A DNA stretch of 64,000 nucleotides from Eledone cirrhosa (taxonomy: Eukaryota), in contig OZ024743.1 in assembly GCA_964016885.1 (NCBI GenBank), positions 8,432,001 through 8,496,000 on the forward strand, given 5' to 3'. The notes under the pieces are model-generated. The model saw only the letters and a list, made by a program, of their open reading frames with translations. It ran no database searches and was not told where the DNA came from. The position numbers were made by a program, and so were the translations under genes. Of the stretch, positions 53,067 through 64,000 are shown piece after piece (the stretch's first letter is position 1; every line of letters begins with the position of its first letter).

Positions 53067-53105
<39 letters not shown>

Positions 53106-53439
53106 GTGCCGGCAAAGATTTTCGTATATATGATTGCTCTAAGCTCCACGTTCATATACATTCAGACGTACCTGCATGAATAGGCACGCGTGTATGTACG
53201 TTCGTATACACGTACTCATACAAGCATATATACTCAGTCATACATATCCATACGTACATATAGATGTGTATTCACATATACATGAACAAATATGTTCTGT
53301 ATTAGAAATTTGCACATATAGAAAACAAAATTGAAATTTAGAATTTAAAAATCATAATTGTTCTTTAGCCGCTGTGTCATGATGTATTTCATCTGGGAAC
53401 TATTAGGGTATTGACCTATCTCATCCTTTTAGATACAGT

Positions 53440-53960
53440 GTGGGGCTGAAGCATAAAAGGGTCTTGTATAGTTTGTGTTTAGAAACTGAAATCATCACTG
53501 ATTTTTTTTTTTTTTTTTTTTTTAGTTCAGAATGCTTTCATTAATGTTAAGGATTTCCAGGTATTCCGCAGCGCAGAGTTCACATGATTTTCTGTTGTCG
53601 TTTCTGTTGTTAACCAAGATCTCCCAGTGTAGCTTCTATCGGATGTTTCAGTCTTTCAAACTCCTCGTTTAGGCCGAAAGTGAAGTCATATTCCTTCTTA
53701 TAGAATTTTGAAACGAATTCGTGAGCATGTGTAAACGTTGTTTAAGTCTATTGGCTGTTAACCCTATGTAAGCAATGCTAATTGAAGGAGTGTCAACGTT
53801 ACATTTGTATACGATATTGCTAGATAAGCAATTCCCTGTAAGAGGACAGTTTTTCCTATCAATACAATTTCAGCTCAAGTTAATTCCAGGTTGCCTGTTT
53901 TTCTAGTTATTAATTCTGCCATTGCATTTGGTTTTCTATATTGTACATACCTTAAATTCA
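53440..53960 (-). mobile_element. Penelope-like element GIY-YIG endonuclease relic
   Basis: NCIDRKNCPLTGNCLSSNIVYKC..AYIGLTANRLKQR..KSCELCAAEYLEIL..ILN. Confidence 0.8.
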
Positions 53961-54007
53961 GAAGATATTTATTATTTATTACTATTATTATTATCATTAT
54001 TATTACT

Positions 54008-54513
54008 CGAGGTTAACTTTGCCTTTCATCCTTACGGGGTCGATAAAATAAAGTACCAGTAATGCACTGGGGTAATTGCTGGCCTTGTGCCAAAAGTAGA
54101 AACAATTCAATTCTTATCATTATTGGCAGTATCGGTAGAGGGTCGGACGCCATGCTTTCCAGCATAGTTACATCCCTTTACGGTCTGAGTTCAAATCCCG
54201 TCGAGGTTAACTTTGCCTTTCATCCTTACGGGGTCGATATAATAAAATACCAGTAATGCACTGGTAAATTGCTGGCCTTGTGCCAAAAGTAGAAACAATT
54301 ATTATTGTTATTATTTTTCACTAGATGGCGGTGGATTGGCAGTATCGGTAGAGGGTTGGACACCATGCTTTGAAGCATAGAATTATAACCCTTGCCATTC
54401 TGAGTTCATACCCCGCCGAGGTTAACTTTGCTTTTCATCCTTACGGGGTCGATAAAATAAAGTACCAGTAATGCACTGGGTAATTGCTGGCCTTGTGCCA
54501 AAAAGTAGAAACA
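54008..54513 (+). mobile_element. Three head-to-tail SINE A copies in an (ATT)n tract
   Basis: Copies near 54008-54106, 54122-54300 and 54327-54513; the last has TSD attatttttcactagat (54310-54326, 54514-54530). Confidence 0.9.
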
Positions 54514-54599
54514 ATTATTTTTCACTAGATTTCAATTTTATTTCATCTTCCGGCCGGGTCCCAACCAGAAACTTAAAGGACGTATACATTAGATGGAGA

Positions 54600-56740
54600 G
54601 CAACTTCCAGAGACTTGTTTGAACCTCGTAGATTGTTGGTTTCGGTCAGTTACCACAGGCTAGATCCATCTTTCACTATTCTTAGTCTACAGGCCTAAGA
54701 GATTGGTCTTGTGCAGCTACTAGGAGTCTCTCTATCTCTGCTTTCAGACGAGCACTTCTGAGCTAGGCTGGTGAGCCATGCTCATCAATACCATTGTCAA
54801 ATAGGTGCTCTGGGAACCTACCATATAATGGATTTGCCTTCCCTTCAGGGTTAGTTCCATTGTTTGAAGTTTCTTTGCTTTGATCTTCACAATCTTAGCT
54901 AGCTGTGCAATACTCGGGTGTTCATCTTCTATGAGTTTATTTTGTTCCCTCTTCATATTTTGTCTAAATTTGCTTGCTTCTTTTGTTAGTTCATCTTGGG
55001 TGTGGTGTAGGTAGCTATCTAACCAAATGGTTGTTGTTTTGTATGCAGTTTCCATTCATAGGAACCCTAGTCCGCCTTCGCTCCTTGAGATATACAGTCT
55101 ATGTACATCGGCTTTAGGGTGATGCATTTTATCGGCTGTCAGTAGTTTTCTAGTCTCAATGTCCATCATTTGTAGTTCCAGCAGGTTCCATTTTATTATG
55201 TTAAAGCTGAATGTTTAACTTGTTGGGTGAATTAAGGTAACTTCTATTACCAGTCTTACTCTCTCTATTCATTCCTTCCGTATCTTTTCTGTTGTGTTTG
55301 CCTACTAAATCCTATCTCCTTCATTAACTCCAAGATATTTGTAAAGTTCTTCGTTATTCAGTTTCTTCATGGTAGTTTGCTGGTCTATGACAGTGCCTTG
55401 ACTGCTAGAGAGCAGCCTCTCTTGAATGGTGGTGTGGTGGTGTTGATGTAGTAGTGGTGGTGGTGGTGTGTTGGATGGTGGTGTGGTGGTGTTGGTAGTT
55501 TGCTGGTCTATGACAGTGCCTTGACTGCTAGAGAGCAGCCTCTCTTCAATGGTGGTGTGGTGGTGTTGATGTAGTAGTGGTGGTGGTGGTGTGTTGGATG
55601 GTGGTGTGGTGGTGTTGGTAGTTTGCTGGTCTATGACAGTGCCTTGACTGCTAGAGAGCAGCCTCTCTTCAATGGAGGTGTGGTGGTGTTGATGTAGTAG
55701 TGGTGGTGTTGATGTAGTAGTGGTGGTGGTGGTGTGTTGGATGGTGGTGTGGTGGTGTTGGTAGTTTGCTGGTCTATGACAGTGCCTTGACTGCTAGAGA
55801 GCAGCCTCTCTTCAATGGTGGTGTGGTGGTGTTGATGTAGTAGTGGTGGTGGTGGTGTGTTGGATGGTGGTGTGGTGGTGTTGGTAGTTTGCTGGTCTAT
55901 GACAGTGCCTTGACTGCTAGAGAGCAGCCTCTCTTCAATGGTGGTGTGGTGGTGTTGATGTAGTAGTGGTGGTGGTGGTGTGTTGGATGGTGGTGTGGTG
56001 GTGTTGGTAGTTTGCTGGTCTATGACAGTGCCTTGACTGCTAGAGAGCAGCCTCTCTTCAATGGTGGTGTGGTGGTGTTGATGTAGTAGTGGTGGTGGTG
56101 GTGGTGTGTTGGATGGTGGTGTGGTGGTGTTGGTAGTTTGCTGGTCTATGACAGTGCCTTGACTGCTAGAGAGCAGCCTCTCTTCAATGCTGATTTTGCA
56201 CACTTGTTCAGTCCAAATTCTATATGGATATCATCACTAAATTGTTTCAGTGTGCATTGACCATCCAGCTGCCTACCATTTTTTCAAAACAGCTATCATC
56301 CATATAGAGAAGGTAGTATTTGTTGTCCATTTTATATCTATAGCCTGCTCTGCGAAGTAACTGAGGGGAATAAGTGACATATAGAACAGCAAAGGGGAAT
56401 AGTTCACGATTGATCTTGGTCTACCTAGATTCCAGTGATCTATTGTGGTGTTGAAGGACCAATATAGTTTTCAATTTTGACATCATTTCCTTCAGAAAAT
56501 TTGTGACATCATGTGTTATATAACACATTTCTAATGTCTTTGTTATCCATGAATAAGGTAAGCTGTTAAATGCCTTCCTGTAGTCTATCCAAGCCAATGA
56601 GAGGTGTTTCTTCTTTTATTTACAGCTTTCCATTATGAATCTATTTATTAGTAGCTGATCTTTGTACCCAAAGCTTTTTCGTTTACAGCCTTTTTGCTCA
56701 TGTGGCAATAGTTCTTCACAGTCGAAGTAACTGTAGACAC
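54600..56740 (-). mobile_element. Dong/R4-clade LINE fragment (RT to C-terminal region) interrupted by a minisatellite
   Basis: EQKGC..KDQLLIN, AWIDYRKAF, YMDD, YKYLG, MHHPKADVHRLYISRSEGGLG, LVAAQDQSL. Confidence 0.85.
55371..56188 (-). repeat. 123-bp minisatellite: 7 copies of an RT segment separated by (CAC)-rich spacers
   Basis: tgctggtctatgacagtg at 55378, 55501, 55624, 55767, 55890, 56013, 56139. Confidence 0.95.
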
Positions 56741-56836
56741 CCCAGCATCATTGTTATCATATCTTTATCTACCGTCCAATTTACATTGTGGTAGCTGTAA
56801 AAGAAAACACTAATTTCTATACTTTACACAAAGCTT

Positions 56837-57047
<211 letters not shown>

Positions 57048-57108
57048 CAAAGGTGTGGTGGGCCATAGCGCACCAGAGTACTTGATATTTAGGGTAGTAG
57101 AGTGGGTA

Positions 57109-57203
57109 ATATGAAAAGTGGCAGGACCCCGACGGCTGAGCTCCTGCCGTTTCGCATCTAGCTGTCGTTTCGGCCGGAGCTCAGCCGTCGGGGTCCTGAC
57201 TCT

Positions 57204-57211
<8 letters not shown>
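57109..57211. other. GC-rich 103-nt hairpin
   Basis: Perfect 23-bp stem 57122-57144 / 57176-57198 plus outer 10-bp stem atatgaaaag / cttttcatat. Confidence 0.9.
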
Positions 57212-57281
<70 letters not shown>

Positions 57282-57920
57282 CAATAATAATAAATTTGAA
57301 GACTAAAATCCAAAGAGGGCTCGATAAGGATAAATATATATGAGTTTCAGAAGATCCCGTTAAGGGTGAAAGCAGCGATTCTTTGCTTAAACTTTAATCT
57401 GTTATTTTAATAAATATATATATATATATATGTTGTATGTATGTATGTATGTTTGTGTGTCTGTGTGTCTGTGTGTGTATGTGTGTGTGTGTGTACACAA
57501 ATACACACGCACACACATATGTACGTATGTATATTAAATATTGATTCATTGCATACGAAGTTTCCTTAATTCTAATGGTTTTTATCTGAAGGGACGAAAT
57601 TATTGATAATGTAAAATATTGGATTGCCAACTCAACTCTCGTGAATTCCCTTCATTCTAGTCAGGGCGTTCACGTCTATATGGCCTCAACTGTATAAACT
57701 GCAGAATAGTAACCGAGCTTCCCAAAGTGTTGTAACGTTCATTTTTTTAGACAATAATTAAACACTATCGAGCTAAATAAGAAATGTAGATTGACTATAC
57801 ACTTCATATCGAACATTATATTAGATAATGTTTTAATCCTTCTCTAACATAGCCCCATAGAAGTACGTAAATTTGACCTGTTATATGTCTGATTATTCAA
57901 TGTACAAATTCATATACATA

Positions 57921-57996
<76 letters not shown>

Positions 57997-57999
<3 letters not shown>

Positions 58000-59703
58000 A
58001 TAATAATAAAATTGAAGACTAAAATCCAAAGAGGGCTCGATAAGGAAAATATATATCAATTATATAAGAACCGTAGAGCAAATATTTATTAAAATAACAG
58101 ATTAAAGTTTAAGCAAAGAATCGCTGCTTTCACCCTTAATGGGATCTTCTGAAACTAACAAAGTCAATCTGTAAACGCAGAACTGGATATTTCAAAAAAC
58201 GTTGCAACCGGAGGAAGACAGGAAGACGATACTTTGGTTCGTGGAAACGTTCGCTGGCAAAGAACGGGAAAAAACGAATAATACGTCATTATGTGGAGCG
58301 GTGAAAAACAATTACGCGCAAAGACAGAACCACGTTTATGGTATAAAAGAGGTCGTAGACTAATGTTCTCTTAGGTAGTGCATAGAGACGTTCTCTGGCA
58401 ATGAACGAAGAAACGAAGATAATAAGTCATATGTGGAGCGTGGAGAACAATAACACGCAAAGACAAAACCACGTAAATGGTATAGCAGAAGTTGTAGACT
58501 AAAATTCTAACTAGGAGACCAAATGAATCTCCGCTACAGGGTTAAGAACAAAGTAAATAAATACAATACAGAAGTAATAGAAACAAATAAATACATACAC
58601 GCAAACAGATACGTACATACACAAGCATCAGCAAAACCTTACCATAGGTATACAAAACCACGCACATATAAATATGTGTATGTGTGTATGCTTGTGTACA
58701 AATAAATAAATAATTATATAAACGGATAGCACGATCTATACGTGGATATTTTACGTCTTGATGTGGGAGCTAAGTATATGTTTTGTTTATTCCTTTACTT
58801 ATTTGCATAGGTAAGTATATATTACCCGTATGTTTTGTGAAGGTATGTATACCTTCTCGTATGTATATTTGACTGTTATGGCGTATAATTTTTACATATT
58901 CTGGCACTTAGGGTTTGGCTATGTGTATACGGGAGTTTTGCGTCTGCGTGAGTATGCAGGTTCGTACGTATGGTGGGTGTGTGTATATGTGTACGTCTCC
59001 GAACATTCGTGTATTAATTTGTAGGTATGTGTGTGCGCTTGTTATATACGTATTTATTTACTTATATACGTTTATATAATTATTTATTTATTTGTACACA
59101 AGCATACACACACACACATATTTATATGTGCGTGGTTTTGTATACCTATGGTAAGGTTTTGCTGATGCTTGTGTATGTACGTATCTGTTTGCGTGTATGT
59201 ATTTATTTGTTTCTATTACTTCTGTATTGTATTTATTTACTTTGTTCTTAACCCTGTAGCGGAGATTCATTTGGTCTCCTAGTTAGAATTTTAGTCTACA
59301 ACTTCTGCTATACCATTTACGTGGTTTTGTCTTTGCGTGCTATTGTTCTCCACGCTCCACATATGACTTATTATCTTCGTTTCTTCGTTCATTGCCAGAG
59401 AACGTCTCTATGCACCACCTAAGAGAACATTAGTCTACGACCTCTTTTATACCATAAACATGGTTCTGTCTTTGCGCGTAATTGTTTTTCACCGCTCCTA
59501 TTAATGACGTATTATTCGTTTTTTCCCGTTCTTTGCCAGCGAACGTTACCACGAACCAAAGTATCGTCTTCCTGTCTTCCTCCGGTTGCAACGTTTTTTG
59601 AAATATCCAGTTCTGCGTTTACAGATTGACTTTGTTAGTTTCAGAATATCCCGTTAAGGGTGAAAGCAGCGATTCTTTGCTTAAACTTTAATCTGTTATT
59701 TTA

Positions 59704-59802
<99 letters not shown>

Positions 59803-59916
59803 TAACAGATTAAAGTTTAAGCAAAGAATTTGCTCTACGGTTCTTATATATTTGATATATATTTATCCTTATCGAGCCCTCTTTGGATTTTAGTCTTCAA
59901 ATTTATTATTATTACT
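57997..59916. repeat. About 1.9-kb compound inverted repeat (inner arms 58082-58727 and 59066-59710)
   Basis: Inner arms are near-exact reverse complements; outer module 57997-58083 pairs with 59830-59916. Confidence 0.93.
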
Positions 59917-59929
59917 ATATATATATATA

Positions 59930-60390
59930 ATATCTGCATTTGTGAAGTTATTTTGCGCCAGAAATGATATCGTCCGGGACTTGAGATTTTTACTTTTATC
60001 TCTTCCAAAACAGTCACCGTAACTGCTATTAACTAGATGTGTGCAGGTGCATTACTGCAATTTGGCAGATTCATTAAGTGAGCTAGACGTTGGCCGAAAA
60101 ACGTTAACTTAATACCAGCGATTCCGTCACATTTATATATAACGCCACCACCAACAGTTTTGCAAGAGATGTCAACATGAATGGAGCTGTTATTTTTATC
60201 TAAAGACATTTTTTCCAATTACATCCCGCCCGTACCCTCAATCTATTTTATTTCTCATTCTTTCTTCTGATGAAGGACTAGCGTCCGAAACGCTAAAACC
60301 CTCTTCCTGCTACATCAAGCGTTAACCTAATATATACCTTCCATATACTATACCGATTGTGTTGTTATTTCTGTTTACCTTTTACATACA
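59930..60390 (+). mobile_element. Penelope-like pseudo-LTR fragment
   Basis: Carries a hammerhead motif and runs into (TA)n; homologous - strand pieces near 12880-13150, 32960-33230 and 35835-35990. Confidence 0.6.
60267..60296 (+). ncRNA. Minimal hammerhead-like motif
   Basis: CTGATGA-A-GGAC-tagc-GTCC-GAAACG; stem III imperfect. Confidence 0.6.
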
Positions 60391-60400
60391 TATATATATA

Positions 60401-60525
60401 TATAATAACTAGAAATTGATTAACATATATATAAACATGAATAATCACAGGAGATAATTTTTACAAATGTGTAACCTGTGATTATTCATGTTTATATATA
60501 TGTTAATCAATTTCTAGTTATTATA
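60401..60525. repeat. 51-bp perfect inverted repeat
   Basis: 60401-60451 pairs with 60475-60525. Confidence 0.9.
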
Positions 60526-60648
60526 AAATGCTCGGACCTACTCGTTAGAATCTTAGAGCTTATTTTTCGGGTGATATGGCGCATGTCTTTCTGGCATGAC
60601 ACCCATAACTTTGATCTAGATTAAATTCATTTAATTTATCTTAATTTT

Positions 60649-60730
<82 letters not shown>

Positions 60731-61191
60731 GTAACAAACCGGGAGGTTATATCCATCGTAAGTAGAGCACCCGGTCCAGAGGACAAGTTCGGTATAGAGT
60801 TAGTTCCACGGTTTGTTAATTTGTTGTGGAACTAACTAACTCTCTATCTCTCTCTTTCTCTCTCTATATATATATGTATATATATATATATGTGTGTGTG
60901 TGTGTTAGATATTAGTTTAACAATGATAATAATAACAAAGGCAAGTTATTTTATATATTCCTTTCATTGTTTTACGATCGTTTCGGAGGGGTGATCATAT
61001 TGATACATTGATTGATCTATAGCAGTTGGAGAACTGAATACTAATATCTAATATATCAGTCTCTGTATCTGTAGGATTGACTCAGCGAAACACGGAACCA
61101 TTCTCTGGATCTCATTGAATTATTGCTAACGGATTACATTAAGTTCTAACTACGGTATAGACCCTACCACGGAAGGTATAACACATTGAAG

Positions 61192-61314
<123 letters not shown>

Positions 61315-62390
61315 TTTTTTGGGGAAAAGCAGTACAATGCAACTTAGAGTAAAAAACTAGAGTAGAATGTAGTAAAACAAACAATAGTTTAAACTGTTAA
61401 CATATATTCCATGATATTTTGATGTTAAGATCTCTTTTTCAAAAGAAAAAGAAGTGGTGTGGCTTAAACAACACGAGGACATGTGATGGGATTATGAAAT
61501 AACACCATGAAACATTTTCTATGTTTATTATTCAGTTTTGTTTTGTTTTCTGGACTTAAATTATTGCTTTTATTTTATTTCTATCAAAGGTGAGATGTTT
61601 TTCATAATAAAAGGGTTAGGGTTTTAAAGAGGATTTTATGGACTGAAATTGATGTTTCTGGCGTCCCTAATATTCTATAACATTTTCTGTCTAATAACAT
61701 TGTCAACTATATGGAATCAACAATGTTACCATTAAGGTCAGTGTCATTAGAAATACCATCACCACCAACACCAATACTAACACTTTTGCCACTTACTTTT
61801 TCCTCTCTCCCTCCCTTTATCTCTCCCTCTATCTCTCCCTCTATCTCTTCCCCTCTCACTCTCTCAATCTAAATATAAATCTATCTTTCTCTTCCACAAT
61901 ACCCTTAATTTATAAGATTCTGATAGTCCTCTCTCTATGATTGTCATTTATCATCATAAAGGTAATTCATTGCATGGATACAACCAATATAGCTGTTTCC
62001 ACTACCTTACCATTTTATAAGTTACTAATACAAACATCTCTATCACAGTTAATACCACCAGCAAAACAAACACATTGGAACCATAAAAACTACCGGTTCA
62101 ACCAAAAGTATTAAGATACAATGAACACTGCCAAAGAATAAATTGGCATCGATATTAAGCTCTTCTCGGAACAAACAAACGTAGAAAAAATAAAAGAAAA
62201 ACAAAAATCAAGGAGTGGATGGAAAATTAATATAAGAATAAACATGAGATAAGTGTTGCACGGAGTTTTGAATGTCTTCCATTAGTGAAAGATAGATAAA
62301 TTAAGAGAGGGCGTCACTTAGCTTGCGACGTTGCTGCAGTATTCCACAGTCTGACAGCGTGCATGCAATGTGTACATGCAAACGAATGAA

Positions 62391-62430
62391 CCAATAGGCG
62401 GGCGGGCCAAAGGGCTCTTGTAATATATAA
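62391..62430 (+). promoter_or_regulatory. Pol II core promoter: CCAAT box, GC box, TATA box
   Basis: CCAAT 62391-62395, GGGCGG 62400-62405, TATATAA 62424-62430 in order, about 110 nt upstream of a Kozak ATG in a locally CpG-containing unique segment. Confidence 0.7.
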
Positions 62431-62536
62431 GTGTAGCTTGGTTCTTATCATAAATGGGTCGATGAAACACAGCCAGTGGTCAGTATCTCTTATCTTCTCT
62501 GCCTTTATTTTCCACTTGGATTATTTGACCGGCACC

Positions 62537-62598
62537 ATGACGGAGGAGCCTTCAGAAAAAGACAGACTCAGTCGGTATAATTTGGCAAAAAATGATAG
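62537..62598 (+). CDS. First coding exon of an unidentified downstream gene
   Basis: GCACC-ATG Kozak context, MTEEPSEKDRLSRYNLAKND(R/S), donor AG|gtaagt; too short to name. Confidence 0.7.
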
Positions 62599-62750
62599 GT
62601 AAGTCATTACAGATATTATGTTATTTGTGTTATTAGAGATAAAAAGGTAAATTATTCACGGCCTACCACCAATAGATGCGAGTGGTATACTCCTCAAGGG
62701 ACGTGTTTCTACGTATGTTTACATGTATGTGTGTATGCATGTATGCATAT

Positions 62751-62803
<53 letters not shown>

Positions 62804-63226
62804 AATATATATCATATACATACATGAATGCAGACACATATATCGAAAAACATACATCCATACATACATGCATATATACATACATAAATAAATACATGCA
62901 GTAATGCAAGCATATACACATTCAAACATATACAAAAGTATATTATATGCATGTGTATGTATGTGAGAATGTATTTATGTGTGTATGTAGATATATAGGT
63001 ATAGATATGTATGTTTGTGTGCATGAACGTAAGTTTTTTTGATGAAGATAAAGATATATTTAAGTTATAAAAATGTATACACATAAATATATATATGTGT
63101 GTGTGTGTATGTCTCTATATATATGTATATATATATATATATATGCATACATATTTATACGTATATATATATATATGTGTACATGCATACATATATATAC
63201 ATATATATAAATATGCACACACATAG

Positions 63227-63309
<83 letters not shown>

Positions 63310-63603
63310 AATACAATTATGTATATAGAGATATATAGATATAGATATAAATGCATACATATATACATATGTATATTTATATATACATATACAGACATAT
63401 ACAGGTATAGATGCACATATATATGTATATATATATGTGTGTGTATGTGTGTGTGTGTATATACATATATCCACAGACATGTATGTGTGTGTTCATTATA
63501 TATTACGTAATTATTTAAGATGGTTTCAATATGACTATCTCTACTTTTATCGAAGCTCACCTATGTCTACATATATATTTATATATCTATCGATTTATTT
63601 ACT

Positions 63604-63711
<108 letters not shown>

Positions 63712-63763
63712 GGTAGATGTATCGATGTATATATATAAATATCTATATCGATATATATTTATT

Positions 63764-63821
<58 letters not shown>

Positions 63822-63849
63822 TGTGCGTGTGTTTATATATACACCCAAC

Positions 63850-63942
<93 letters not shown>

Positions 63943-64000
63943 ATATATGTATATATGTATGTTTGATATATATATATATAGAGAGAGAGAGAGTGAGACT

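Noticed and set aside
55371-56188. Repeat-spacer array resembling CRISPR, and its 190-aa ORF
   Set aside because: Spacers are identical to each other, context is eukaryotic with no cas genes; it is a minisatellite in a dead LINE.
58523-59270. Twin 60-aa ORFs on opposite strands
   Set aside because: Consequence of the inverted repeat; low complexity, no splice or domain signal.

Overview
AT-rich animal genomic DNA, most likely an octopus or other coleoid cephalopod (inferred from the SINE/LINE families and microsatellite load; not proven). The left half (about 2.5-31.9 kb) holds the last nine coding exons of a + strand gene. They splice by hand into one 422-aa open frame resembling the C-terminal part of WDR97. 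Its introns contain a young 5'-truncated RTE LINE with a PHD-like finger, a full-length CsRn1-clade Ty3/Gypsy element, a non-autonomous Helitron, piggyBac and mariner MITEs, many SINEs and a decayed tRNA-Gly. The right half is intergenic: a 4.9-kb purine-rich 55-bp satellite, relics of CR1, Mag-like Gypsy, Dong/R4 and Penelope elements, long foldback palindromes nested in (TA)n that carry hammerhead-like motifs, and the promoter plus first coding exon of a second gene at about 62.4-62.6 kb. The most unusual signals are: (1) three to four paralogous introns flanking dissimilar, Arg-rich, phase-symmetric exons; (2) double-ended Penelope-type inserts in microsatellites with variant hammerhead cores; (3) CpG decay concentrated in the gene body; (4) a SINE with strong ATTA target preference next to Dong/R4 relics; (5) an isolated GC-rich 100-nt hairpin. 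All coordinates and alignments were done by eye.
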